A DNA stretch of 61,063 nucleotides, the filler included, from Sphacelaria rigidula (lineage: Eukaryota): assembly GCA_964200075.2 (NCBI GenBank). It is 8 parts of 8 records of this genome, joined end to end, with 100 filler letters (N's around TTAATTAATTAA, not from the genome) between each part and the next. Parts side by side here need not be neighbours in the genome. Positions count along the whole stretch, not along the records: positions 7,647 to 15,192 come from CAXNAA020014400.1; positions 15,293 to 22,838 come from CAXNAA020014401.1; positions 22,939 to 30,483 come from CAXNAA020014402.1; 5 more parts are not named here. One strand, given 5' to 3'. The notes beneath the pieces were generated by a model, which saw nothing but the letters and a program-made list of their open reading frames with translations, made no database searches and had not been told where the DNA came from. A program made the position numbers and the translations under genes. Positions 12,568-24,882 of this stretch are shown here, piece by piece; within the stretch, counting starts at the first letter, position 1; every line of letters starts with the position of its first letter.

Positions 12568-13393
12568 CAAGGGCAGGTCGAGTAGAGTATACTTAATCCT
12601 GAGTATTTTTTAAGATTCATACTTTTTAGTACTCAAGTTTTGAGTAGAGTATTTGAGGCCGTACTCAACCTACTCAACATTTGATACCTACCCGACAATC
12701 CGTCTACTCGATTACTCAATGATGATCAATAGCGCTCTGTACTGAAAATGATATCGAAGGGGTTGAGAGATATCAAGTATGTACTGCCATTAGTGGAGGC
12801 AAGTGAGCTGGGGCAGGTAGGTTCATTCACCTGCACGTTTTTTTCGTTTTTCGGTGGCGATCATTTGCTCACACTGACTGTAGCCCGTGACGTACCGCCA
12901 CTTATCTAATTGATGGCCCTCGTTCGCCCATGTATTCAACATAGTCTGTGAAGTGACGTGACGAAGTCGCCGACGGTCACGGTCGCTCATCATACCCAAG
13001 TGATGCTCTATACTTAGATGCTGCTGAGATTGCTCACTCAATATTTGAATAGAGTATTGGAGACCGTACTCGATCTACTCAAAAATTGAGTAGAGTATTG
13101 GAGGCCGTACTCAACTTACTCAATATTTGAGTAGACTATTTGAGGCCGTACTCGACCTACTCAAAATTTGAGTGGAGTCTTGGGGTCACACCCAAGTGAT
13201 ACTCTATACTCAAGTATTACTGAGAGTACTTGATCAATATTTGAGTAGAGTAGTGGAGGTCGTACTCATTATACTAAAAAATTGAGTGGAGTATTTGAGG
13301 CCATACTCAACCTACTCAAAAAGCGAGTAGAGTAAATACTCGGGTATTTTACTCTGGTACTCAAAGGTACATACTCTACTCGACCTGCCCTTG
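12568..13393. mobile_element. hAT-type MITE in an MMSDH intron
   Basis: TIR CAAGGGCAGGTCGAGTAGAGTAT at both ends; 8-bp TSD aaacgttc/aaacattc; many subterminal GAGTAGAGTATTTGAGGCCGTACTC repeats. Confidence 0.9.
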
Positions 13394-13878
13394 AAACATT
13401 CGTGCTCGCTGAAGTGTTCGGTCAGCCAAATATAGCACCTGCCAGCACCCAGTGCTCCGAGCGACGTTTGAGTGTGCACACGTTCTGGTGCCTACACGGT
13501 TGAGCGGGTGCTGTGTTGATTCCCACCCACCCCCATGCGCGCTGTTCGCCATGGTCCACGGAAGGATGGTGGGTCAGCAGCTGGTGCGCTGTAACTCTTA
13601 CAATACGCGGCCTGACCGATAGACGTACGGCATGCGCTACTGCACGTGAACTCCCTCTCACCGCCCCTTTACATGCAGGTTGATTTTGTGGTGAAAGTCA
13701 CGGAGCAATCAGAAGTTGTCGACCCCGGGGCTTTCATACAGTACTATTCCGCACTTCAATTCCCCCTCCCCTTCCCTTTCGACTTTGGCATGCATGATCA
13801 TGAGTACGCCCCCCCCCCCCCCCCCTTCCCTCCCGCGATCCCCGAAACGATTCTTTTGGTGGGCTAAAACAACTTCAG

Positions 13879-14009
13879 GGGTGAACGTAGGCATTCCCGT
13901 GCCGCGTGAGCCCTTCGCGTTCGGTGGACTGTCGGGCACGCTGAGCAAGTATGGAGAGTTTGACGTCACCGCCGAGGGGGCTATGGAGTTCTTCACCAAC
14001 AAGCGCAAG
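13879..14009 (+). CDS. ALDH6A1: MMSDH exon
   Basis: cag|gg: (G)VNVGIPVPREPFAFGGLSGTLSKYGEFDVTAEGAMEFFTNKRK|gtggtc; GVNVxIPVP is typical of ALDH6. Confidence 0.93.
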
Positions 14010-14486
14010 GTGGTCATTTCGTATACACACGGTCCGGCTGTACTGCAGAAGATTTGGAAACAAGAACAGAACATGGATGATACAGTGTTGACACGTCCCC
14101 ATATCTCCTTCAATTCCACCATTTTCTTCCACACAGGATATGAAACTCGCGAATTTGTCCATGACATGGAAGCGGCAGCCACAAAAAACGAAACTGACAA
14201 CAAATTAGACTACAAAACCATGGATTTTTCAGCTGACCGTCACTAAAAAAGATGGACCTTTCGCAAAACGTAATCCAGAGGTCTATCAGTGAGCATACAA
14301 GTGAAAAAAAACGCCAGCATCAACTTCGTGAAGTTTCCAGTTGAGCACGCGCACCCTAGCCCGAAAGATGACCCGAATCTACCCGTGCCCCCTCACCGAA
14401 GCCCCCTTCCAAGGAGCATATCCCTTCAAGATAACACTGTAATGATACCTTTCATTCGCCCCCATTCATCCATCACATCGGTTCAG

Positions 14487-14588
14487 ATAACGACGAAGTG
14501 GGTAATGCCTGACGGAGCGGCGACGTCGGTAGTATCGGCAGGAGCTGGCGCGAAGAAGGACACGGCGAACTTTGTTGGTCAAATGTAG
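14487..14588 (+). CDS. ALDH6A1: MMSDH terminal exon
   Basis: cag|ITTKWVMPDGAATSVVSAGAGAKKDTANFVGQM*; ALDH6 C-terminal K(I/V)TxxW motif completed across the junction. Confidence 0.88.
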   Translation: MTTKWVMPDGAATSVVSAGAGAKKDTANFVGQM

Positions 14589-15025
14589 CTTGCGGTAGCT
14601 TCCGTCTGTCGTGTCTCGTTATCCGTGCGATTGGCTCAATCCTGTTGTTCCGCTGGAGGCATACGTGCTGTGATTGTGTAGTGCTTCTTTCGCAACATAC
14701 ACAACAGAAGTTTGGGATAGGCAGTGTCACTTGTTAAAATTAGTTACAACTCTGAAGTTACCGCACGACAAAGTGCGCGGCGTTATGTTCGTCGAATCTG
14801 ATGGTACATTGCTCATTGTGGGAATGGGAATGTTTTTGATCCAACGTGCCCATTTTGGTCGCTGGGTGAATTATGCCGCGTGATACGACAGCCAAGCGGC
14901 TTTGTACCACGTCACAGTGGCAGGTTTTACTGTGCTGTCTTCGGAGGATTCCGTCGCACGATTACTGCACGATTACTTATTTGTTTCTCGTAAGCACACT
15001 TTGATCTTACGGTAGGTGAGGTATA

Positions 15026-15192
15026 GGGGGGGGCGTACTCATTTGTTGCTTGCCTTGGTCGTTCGACCATTGACCACGCATTCCTTTCGAGACGGAGCAG
15101 TGGGGGGGGGCAGGGGGGGGGGGCGTACCCATTTGTTGCTTGCCTTGGTCATTTGACCATTAATCACGCTTCCCTTTCGAGTCGGGGCAGGG
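15026..15192. mobile_element. Two tandem copies of short G-tract element family M2
   Basis: G-run-CGTAC(T/C)CATTTGTTGCTTGCCTTGGTC..GACCATT..CCTTTCGAG..GGAGCA-G-run, twice; further copies at 17463-17539 (inverted), 49282-49360 and 49590-49645. Confidence 0.8.
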
Positions 15193-15292
15193 NNNNNNNN
15201 NNNNNNNNNNNNNNNNNNNNNNNNNNNNNNNNNNNNTTAATTAATTAANNNNNNNNNNNNNNNNNNNNNNNNNNNNNNNNNNNNNNNNNNNN

Positions 15293-15313
15293 TAATAATA
15301 ATAATAAATAATG

Positions 15314-15379
<66 letters not shown>

Positions 15380-15455
15380 GTAATGATAATAACAATAATA
15401 ATAATAATGATAATAATAATAATGATGATGATAATAATAATGATAATGATAATAT
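15293..15455. repeat. (AAT/GAT)n microsatellite
   Basis: Direct reading. Confidence 0.95.
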
Positions 15456-16790
15456 AAGTCTGAGATAATCCCAGGAGGCGCGAAGAACTTCCGAAGATTA
15501 TCGACGCAGTCCGCGAGTGCTGATAGTCATGATCCAATTTCGCGATTCCGAAAACGAGAGGCATGTACCGGGCGAGATATGGGTTAACGATTCCTTGAGA
15601 CTGGGAACTCGTCCCTCGAGAGGGGCACGGTTAAACGTTTGACGAGAAAAACAAGGTGGTACCGGAGGCTATGGTGTAAACCAGGGTTAAAGAGAGTCGT
15701 CTATGCATTCGTGCCAGCGCCGACGTTTGGCCTATATCACGCGCAGCGCAGTTTTCTGGGAGAGCTATGTGCTGTTTGACTCCCCTTTCAGAATATGCGC
15801 CGCACATTGTTTGCTTGAAACGTTTTTTTTCCCCAAAAACAAAAGTTGGGGCTTTTTTTTTGCGAAAGGCAAATGTTTTCTCGATATTTCTTTTGTTGTC
15901 TTCTTGCCATTACGACCAATTTTCGAATATTTTTTTCCTCCGCGGGCCCTCCGGGGGCGTTGATCACGTCCTGCTCTCGCCTGCGCCAGCGCAGACGGAG
16001 TCTCCCGGAGTCCCTTAAACTTGCTGTGAGCAACTCCAATGTTTTCAATCGTCAAGGCCCCACGCTCCCACATGATTGATCTCGTTGGCAGTAGTACAGA
16101 AATGTCCCCTTCCCTTGAGGAGAGTGGTCCTCGTGGGGTGGGGTCCCAGTCCAAGGCGACGGAATATCTGCTTTCACCATTATCCCTCCGCGTAGGTGGA
16201 GCCCAATCAATCGACTTGAAGGCAGAGAGCCCCACTCGAAGGGCGGGTCAAGGTTTCCCTGCACTATCCCACCACAAAGCGAGGGTTCCCACTTTTTTTT
16301 TGCACCCGTTCAACAGTTTCTTGCCCTCCTCGGGACTAGCCCATAGTCTCAAGAGGTCAACCCATCCCTCCCCCCGGCACACGGACCTGCGATTTGGTAC
16401 CGTTACGGGAAACGATCCCGGCGGGGTGTCTGCAAAGACACAAGTTTTCGACCGTGTGACCTACCGCCGTTTTACAGGAAAGACGGGGTTGTATTTTGTC
16501 ACAGTCATGGCTAATATATTCAAACCTCAGACTGAGTCATATCAGGTGCGGACTCTCGGTCGCAACAGGTTGCCCCCTGCATTTGCACGGGGAGAAACCT
16601 ACAAACGGTCGAGGTAGGGAGGAGGGGAGGTGGTTGATGAAAGTCATGGCAATGCTGGTACGGATTGATTGGGTGGTTAAATGGTGTACTGATTCTTCTG
16701 GTGGTTCACATTGAGTAATCCGCTACGGATCCAGGCGTGGCTTGCATGCGATGAGTTCCTGTAACGATCCACCAACATGAAAATTTCGGG

Positions 16791-17101
16791 ATATATATAT
16801 ATATATATATATTCCCTCACACTTTCAACCCCTCCCCTTCCTCGGGATGAGTCTGTGGTCCCAAGGGATCAACTCACCTCTCCCCCGGTACGTGCCTTTC
16901 ATTTTGGTCTCGCTGTTTGGGTCAGCACTCCGGCACCGCGTCAGCTCACGCCACACAAACCCAGTCGACTGTTTTACTCACGTTCTCACGCATTCCACGG
17001 TGGAAATCATACATTACGAAGAAAAAACCCCAACGCATCGGGAACCGAACCCCCGTTCTCTCCACCCTAATGGCGACATTCGGACCATTACACCACCGGG
17101 G
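16791..17101 (-). mobile_element. tRNA-derived SINE family S1 with (TA)n tail
   Basis: Minus strand has A box TGGTGTAATGG and B box GGTTCGGTTCC, a shared body and a (TA)n tail. Confidence 0.8.
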
Positions 17102-17689
17102 CGCGGCGGCATATTTCGAAGTTGAAAAGGAATCAAACTCTTGTACACATCAATCTAGACGAAACTGTTTTGGGCACAGCACCACGTACAGAGAAGCACC
17201 CCGCCTCCCCCTCTTCGTAAATTTGGTGTCGAGGCTTTCCACTCTGTCCGTTCATATCGAAGATATTGCTGTCCTGCTTGTGTTCGCGGTGATGGTACCA
17301 CATTTTTGTTTTCACTTCAGCTATGAAGGGCTTGGATTTTGACACCCTCTCCCCCCTTCACAGACAAGGGTTAGGCACCAGAGGATGACGAGTATCGTAG
17401 GTACGAGACTAGTGAGACGAACCAGGGTTCGAAATCAAAGTGTTGTCGGTAAGGGAATTGACGCCCCCCCCCTTATTGTGCTCCGTCTCGAAAGGGATGC
17501 GTGGTCAATGGTCAAACGACTAAGGCAAGCAACAAATGANNNNNNNNNNTTGTTCTCCGTCTCGTAAGGGAGGGGGGGGTGATGGGAAAAAGACTACGGA
17601 AAAAAAAAATTAAGAATCCGCCCCCCCCCCCCCCCCCCCTTATTGTCTCATTTGTCTATGCCGGTGGCGTCCACACTCCGTACGCACAG

Positions 17690-17914
17690 GGGGATATCAA
17701 GCGAAGCCGCGGACACGAGCTCTATCGGTCGCACTGATGAGGTGAAACGGCCTTCGAGAGTGAATGATGACGCAGGGACGTGGGGACTCAAAACGGTGGT
17801 ACTAGCCCGCGGGGGGTGTGAGGAGGAGGGCGGTGGTGAGATCATGGCTGGTGCTGTCGAGGCTCCCCTCCTGGAACCACCTCGAGCGGGATCAGTTCGA
17901 CATGCGTATTCCCC
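17690..17914 (+). CDS. Probable isolated internal exon, unknown protein
   Basis: GC-rich open 225-nt segment between cag| and |gtgagt (GISSEAADTSSIGRTDEVKRP...AYSP); no recognisable domain. Confidence 0.45.
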
Positions 17915-18159
17915 GTGAGTTTATTATTGGTACGAAATACTTCTTGCTGATCTGTGTGTAGACGCAAGGTGGAAGAAGATGGTCGGTGGTTGTTTTTGGT
18001 TGTAACGGTTTTCGGCGTAAGCGGGGTAGAATGTGATGGAGTACATCGGGGGGGGGGGGGGGGGGGCGCGGAGTGTTGTTCGTGCCTCTCGCGTAGACAC
18101 GTGTGTCCCACTCCCCCCCCCACANNNNNNNNNNGGGGGGGGGGGGGGGGGGTGGGGGG

Positions 18160-18305
18160 GGGGGCGGGCGGGGGTGTACTCATGATCTTGCATGCCATAG
18201 CCATAACACCGTTGACCTCGCATCCCACCAAAGCCGAGACAGAGCACGCCGGATTCTCGCCGGACCAGGCTCGCAATCAATCCCCAAGCGCGAAGCGCCG
18301 TGGCA
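18160..18305. mobile_element. Family M1 terminal fragment, opposite orientation
   Basis: G-run-GTACTCATGATCTTGCATGCC...gccggaccaggctcgc. Confidence 0.75.
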
Positions 18306-18714
18306 ATAAATCGCGGGGACACATCTTACACCATTACCTCCATAGTACAACAGCTGTGAAAATGAAAGCTGAAGCTGGTGCACAAGGTACTGTTCTTTTT
18401 TTTTTCCCCATCGTGCTTTCAACAAGCTTTGAACTCTCCCCGTTTCCCTTGAGACGAGCCCACAGTCTCAAGGGGTCGATCTACCCATTTCCTCTTCCAC
18501 GTTTTTGCATTATCTATCCCACATTGGGTCGGCATCCTCGCACACATCGGACCCTACCGACTACAGGCTGTGAATCACCCCCCTCACGATGGCAACAAAA
18601 TTATCAATGACGAGGGTGAGAGAGGGCAAGGGAAATACCCCTGTTTTTATGGGTGGGTACCCCTCAGATACCGTTGTATGATGATGATAGTAAGTAATGA
18701 ACAGTAACAACAAA

Positions 18715-18812
18715 ACCGTGAAGGTCCCACAACAGTACGGGGTCCCATCACAGTGTAAGGTCCCAAAATAGTGCAGGGCCCCAATAGTGCAGGGTCCCAT
18801 TACAGTGCGGTC
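18715..18812. repeat. ~18-bp minisatellite (CAGTGCAGGGTCCCAxxA), about 5.5 copies
   Basis: Direct reading of tandem units. Confidence 0.75.
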
Positions 18813-19169
18813 ATACGAAGTTGACAAACCACCGCACCGTATTTTCTCTCTTCAACCTTTTTTCGTCGCCTACTTTGTCAACTCCATCACGTTTTTTCTT
18901 CCACTCCTCCATTTCCTTCAAAGAACATGACATACGGATACACAAGAAGACAAAACAAAACATGGAACAAAAAAATGAACGAACAGGGTCTCAGGACCGG
19001 CGTGGAAAGCCGTGGCGATGTTTTTGGGGTGGCGAGAGCAACGCGCACGAGACCTCATCACTTTCGGAGCGTTTTACTACAAGCCGGACAGCATGCCTGC
19101 CTCCGCCAAGCCGAAGAGGGAATTGGATCCCGACCGATCAGGTTGGTGTCGACAATTGCACCAAGAATT

Positions 19170-19282
19170 GTCCCGGGAGTTCTTTTGAGGCTTCTCCCGA
19201 GGAATTCCCCCGAGAAGTTACCCCGAGCAAATCTCGCGAGGAATTCTCCCGAGGAGTCCCCCAGAGGATTTTGCCAGGAATC
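19170..19282. repeat. ~13-bp tandem repeat (GAGGAATTCTCCC), about 8 imperfect copies
   Basis: Direct reading. Confidence 0.75.
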
Positions 19283-19794
19283 CGACGTACGTCCCTGCCG
19301 TTTTTTCTGTCTGTACTCTCTCTAGTGTGTAGTCTGTCAGAGAGTATTCACTTGTACTTTGTTTACCATCTCAGCTGTTTTTTTTGTTTTTTGTTTCTTG
19401 GTTGAGGTCCTTCTAGCACATGATTCCGTTCATTTACCGTTGGGTATGTACGTCTGTGTATTGGCCGCGGCTGGCTGGAGTCGTGGCGGGTTTGTTGATC
19501 CGAGGCAATCTAATGAGGTGTCCGAATGATTTACAGCAGCGGCCGGCTGCTGACAAACGTTCAAGTTGTATAACCGTGATCAAGTTATTTTATATAACCG
19601 TGTCCAAGTTATTTAGACCCTTTATAATAGCGCAACAGGCTGTCAGTTGGGTGGACTTCGTAGGGGAGGTCAGCTTGAAGAGCCGCCGGGTAATTAGATT
19701 CTCCTAAGCGCTATATATAGATGAACAGAGTTATAGATATGTTCTCTTTTAGGTGAAACTCCTCTAGCGCAGATGTCTCACTGTCGCCAATCTA

Positions 19795-20680
19795 CCCTTG
19801 GGCCATGTCTTATCGAGGCATAAATATACGTTTCCTCCGAACCTGTTGTATTTTTTTTCTGTGATCGTCAGGTGCAATACCACGCCCCCCCTCCCCCCGC
19901 AAAGAAGGCCGGGGAAGATTTGTGTGCAACATAATTTGAAAAACTTGTCGTTTGGGGGTATTCACATTTTGGATGCGTGAGTCGGTGATGTGTTTACCCG
20001 AAGGGGAACATACTTCCTCTGCAGTCCCACAAGTCTGGTAGGTTATGTTTACACGAGCCCTTAACGTTGTCCGATCTGATTTTCGATGTTTTTTTCGATT
20101 TCTTCGCCGTTTTTTAGGTTGCAACTTTTTTTTGCAGCACCCTGTTGAACCATGCGGCCGAACGGCCGCAAAAAAATCAGTCGGCCAAAAAATGGCCGTA
20201 TTTCGCCCCTTTCGAATCGGCCAAAAAATGGCCGTCCAGTTCTTGCGCTGTTCAAAAGGTCGACCTCCTGGGCAGTGTCCATCTGGGCTCTGGCGTTTTT
20301 CCACAATTTAGTCGGGTACTCGGGACCAACACCGTAGCGTTCGCAAAATGGCCCCAGTGAGCCCTTGGGCACCCTAGTGTTGCCCGGTGGAATAGCGAGC
20401 ATAACCTCCATCGCAATCGCATAGCGGCGACCCAATGGAAGCTCATCACCTGTTTTGCGAGGGGGGAGGGTACTCGGGGGCAAGTTCATCGTAGTGTGAT
20501 GTCTATGGGCTAGATGTGGGGCGGTAATCACGAACTCAAACAAGAATTCTCATAAAAATGATCAAAAATGGCCAAAATGAGGTATATTCTGACCTAATTT
20601 CAGTTTTGAAAACGAAAATTTTATTTTATTTTATCCGCTGCGTCTGCGTTTTATCTTACTATAGAACCCAACTATAGGGT
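19795..20680 (-). mobile_element. Internally deleted Tc1/mariner-like element with transposase N-terminal fragment
   Basis: ELPLGRRYAIAMEVM...GSLGPFCERYGVG...KLW...NSARTGRP resembles a mariner HTH ending in GRP; ends ta-ccct...aggg-ta. Confidence 0.55.
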
Positions 20681-21259
20681 AATCGTCAACACCGTTCTAC
20701 CCAAACAAAAAAACTCCCACAACCGACCAGACTTCTGGAACAGAGGAAGTAAACGTGGTAACCGTAGGGGCACATGCAAAGGTGTGGCACGCAACTTAAC
20801 CTTTAGACCCCGGTGCGGGTAACCCATCTGGATCAACCATACTTTTTTCAAGTGAATATTGATGCCGATTCAGCAGGTGACCAACCGGCGCGGTCCAAGG
20901 GTTAACACAAACAACACAGGAAACTGAGAGCCCCAGTCCCCCACGAACAGAGAACATATAGCGCGTATTGTGCTTTGCTTGCGTCAAATCACTCACTCCA
21001 GAACTCAACGAGAAACAGTACCTCGTGTCAGATGCGCGCCGGAAACTCTCAACGAAGGAGAGTCAGCAATAGCACTTTTTTGTTTGAACTTTGTTGTGCA
21101 CGCGGCCACCGTTACTAGAGCACTGAACACATTTAGATTTCCGTCAAACGAAAACCACGGGTTGTAAATGAGCAAGGGCTTAGCCGTGGAGCTAATGCAC
21201 GTAAGGGTGTGTATGTATTCATCATTGCTATTATTTTTTACTATTAGTATTTTTTGTAG

Positions 21260-21547
21260 CACTTTGAACCCCTCCCCTTCCTCGGGATGGGACGTGGACT
21301 CAAGGGATCAACTCATCTCTCTCCCGGTACACGCCTTGCATTTTGGTCTCGCGGATTGGATAATGACCGACACTCCCGCATCGCGTCAACTCACATCAAA
21401 CAAACGCAGCCTACTACTTTGCTTACTCACGTTCTCACGCTTTCCACGGTGGAAATAAAAAATTGCGACGGAAAATGAACGCATCGGGAATCGAACCCTC
21501 GTTCTCTCCACCCTTGTGGCGGCTGTCGGACCATTACACCACCAGGG
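21260..21547 (-). mobile_element. SINE S1 copy
   Basis: A box TGGTGTAATGG, perfect B box GGTTCGATTCC, body colinear with 16830-17100. Confidence 0.8.
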
Positions 21548-23186
21548 CATGCATGCATGTATATGTACATGTATTATTTAACATTTTTCACCACTTTGCT
21601 AGTTTTCTCTGGCGGCAAGGCATTTTTTCCCGCGCCTTCTTTTGCATCGCACCAAGAAGGCTCAGCGATACGTTGCCGTTCAGTTTTGGGTGTCATTGGA
21701 TACCCGAGGCGCGTGTTCTGGCCACCGAAAATCGCTCAAACTGGCCCTTTTTCGGGGTGTCGATCCCGAACCACAAAAGCCTTTTCGAGATCACGGAAAA
21801 CTTGAAACAGGAACCCGAACCACAGAAGCCTGTTGAAGACCATGGAAACTTGGATCAGGATTACATTTGGCGGGGGATTTTCCCCCCGTGTCTCTTTTTG
21901 TCGCGTTCTTGTTCATTTCGGAGCACGAACACACTGGTCATGCCGCCCATGTCACGAGCTTAGGAGAGCAAAACAGTTGGAAACAATTGAACATTGCCTT
22001 GGCCTTAGTCAGCAGCAAACACTAGACCGTGCAATAAGCCGTTGGCGAGTTGAACAAGGCACAGCAGCACGCTGCACAGGAGTGTTTTGCCGCAAAAAAC
22101 AATTACCCTATTTAATAAAAAAGGTCCGGTAATATGGAAGCCACAGTGATGTACAAAGAACATGCCAAGAATCTTCCACGCATTCCAATTTTTTCGGGAC
22201 GTGCCTCCCGCTGTCATGCCTCCGTGGCACGAGAGCTACTTCGCACTCTGACATCTCGGAAAATACCGCACATGTCCTACGCCGGCGTTTTCGCCGTCGG
22301 CCTCCGTCCGAATTTCCGTACTTTCAAATGACATCCGATAACACATGCAAGGTGTTGCACAGCAACGATCCCTATACTGTACATTGAGATACAACAGCCT
22401 CTCTTAATCGTGTATTTTCGACTTGCGTCACCCCCGGGAGGCCCGTACCAACCTCCCGAAGGGGAACCTTGTATATATATATATATATATATATATATTC
22501 TCCGCTCCCCGTCCTACAACGAAGGCCATGACCGGTCTTGTCGGTACGGCATGGGGGCATCATTTTCTGCAGGTGTAGGGGTGGAATCACCTTCAAGGAG
22601 TGATTCCTTCTCACTACTACCCTGAGCCAAGGCCGTGGTGTGGTGGTAAAGCTGGGTCAGCACGGTGCTCATCGTGCACACCCACCCCTTTTGTAATGCA
22701 GTAGTATAGTATGTCAAGACCCTGAGTGCAGGCATATCCTGCGTTACGAGCAGTGTAATGTGTTAACAACCTGAGTGTGGGCATGTTGGGATACGGTGTG
22801 TGCGCGGAGGCAGATGACACCGCTGTCGAAAGCTGGCANNNNNNNNNNNNNNNNNNNNNNNNNNNNNNNNNNNNNNNNNNNNTTAATTAATTAANNNNNN
22901 NNNNNNNNNNNNNNNNNNNNNNNNNNNNNNNNNNNNNNTGCGTCTTGCTACTTGATCCCCTGGTGGCGCACTTTAATCGCCCCCGCTCGAGCCACCACTC
23001 GAGTCTGGAGGTGATCCATCCTGACGGTCTACAATGCTGCTCATGTTTCGTATTTTCACTCAGCGGTACTTCGTATCCCGTCAGATTCCAAACTACAAAA
23101 CTTTTCAAAATTGAATTAATATTGGTGTACAGTTTGGAGTGAAGGAGTTGGGTGGGTTGATCGATGGGAGGTATATGTTCAGAGCA

Positions 23187-23800
23187 TGAGGTTGTGTTTG
23201 AATTAAACCTATAGCCGTACCTGCCCAAGGTATATACCTGTGTTCATACCTGCAGTCGGGTATATCTATAACGGTATAACCCTAACCCCGGGTAGGGGTA
23301 CGGGAAGCTTACAGAGCTCACAGAACTGTCGGGTACTGGTACTGGATGAAAGTCCTACAGAAAAATCAAAACTTGTCGGGTACGGTATGGGAGGCCTACA
23401 GAGAAACCGCACCGGTAATCAGGTATTTCTTCAAGAGCATATCCGCGCCCCGGGTACGGGTAAACATTGTGTACAAAACTCACAGAACTGTCGGGTAAGG
23501 ATATGGGAGGCCTACAGTACTTACAGAAACTGTCGGGTAGGGTATGGAGTTTGCACAGGAGACCGTACCCGCAATCGGGTACCTTGTCAAAAGCGTACCC
23601 GTGCCCCCTGGTAACGGTACGGGAGTCTCACAGATATTACAGAACTATCGGGTAAGGATATGGAAGTCTTACAGAGATTACAGAACTGTCGGGTACCGGT
23701 ATGAAAGTCGTACAGAAGTCACAGAGCTGTCGGGTATGGTAAATACCCGGCGAAATACCCCGGGTATACAGAAAACCGTATCCTACAGAACACAACCTTG
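23187..23800. mobile_element. hAT-like MITE with subterminal repeats
   Basis: Ends (c/t)(a/g)aggttgtgtt...aacacaaccttg; about 7 ACAGAACTGTCGGGTA repeats; no clear TSD. Confidence 0.65.
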
Positions 23801-24569
23801 AAATTCTCGATCGGGAAAATTGATCTTTTTGAGACATTCGACTCTAGTTATGGCCACGAAATCGGAAAATATTGCGACCACATGCCTAGCACACTACACC
23901 CCACCTCACCGATTGGAGCCTAACCCACGCTTCCGATTCGCTACAGTAGTGGGCGGTTTAAATATTCGGGGGTGTTTAAGGGTTTTCCTCGCGTACTACT
24001 CTTCGATTGAGCTCGAAATTGCTAGCATCGGTAGATTTTGGTACAACAAACAGACCATCCTCGAAACACAGTGCCCACGTTGGTGTCAGTTGGGTTTATC
24101 GGGCGATACGAGTAGATACCCCGTTTATCACGGCGGTGTTATTGACCATGAAACACAGTTTTTTCGGCCCTAGTGTAATGGGTAAGCAGAATTTCTGAAA
24201 ACTAAAACTGTACATTTCTTCACAAATATGACCGGGAGAGGCTCGATCGACCGGTAACACCGACGAGTAAGAATCTGGGCTGGAACGTGGCAGACCCCCC
24301 GATTACCGATCAGCCCGTAAGTCACTCAATAACGCGTACATTTGTTTTTTTTCTCTTGGAATGTGGAGCTGATACAAATATCTTCACATCACCGATATGA
24401 TGAGCGATGGCAAGCGAAAAGAGCCCAAGAAAATCGCCTATAACGGAAAAATCGCAAAATGCCACGAAATGAATGGTTGGACCGTCCACTACTGTAGGAT
24501 CCTACTTTCCGCAGACGATATTTTGCCAAAACTCCAACTGGGGATGAAAAAGATGTGGCATCTAGTTGG

Positions 24570-24882
24570 ATATATATATATATATATATATATGTCGCCC
24601 TTGGACCCCCCCCCCCCTTCTAGGGACGAGTCCGTGGTCTCACGGAATCAAGCCATCTCTCCTCGGTACACGCCTTGCATTTTGGTCCCGCAGATCGGGT
24701 CAACATTCCCGCACCGCGTCAACTCTCGTCTACCAAACTCAGTCGACTACTTTGTTTACCCACGTTCCCACGCTTTCCACGGTGGGAATCTGATACTACA
24801 AAGAAAAAACCAAACGCATGGGGAATCGAACCCTCGTTTTCTCCACCCCAATGGCGACAGTCGGACCATTACACCACCGGGG
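24570..24882 (-). mobile_element. SINE S1 copy with (TA)n tail
   Basis: Same A/B boxes and body; older copies at about 2452-2705, 27600-27790 (+) and 50190-50453. Confidence 0.8.

Noticed and set aside
12590..13380. CRISPR-like array of palindromic GAGTA..TACTC repeats
   Set aside because: No unique spacers of regular length and no cas genes; the repeats lie inside TIRs with an 8-bp TSD, so they are MITE subterminal repeats.
17030..17101. tRNA genes at A/B-box sites (also ~21480, ~24820, ~60950)
   Set aside because: No complete cloverleaf; each continues into a shared repeat body and tail, so these are SINE heads.
23300..23790. Repeat-spacer-like ACAGAACTGTCGGGTA array
   Set aside because: The intervening sequences resemble each other, spacing is irregular, and the block is bounded by TIR-like ends.
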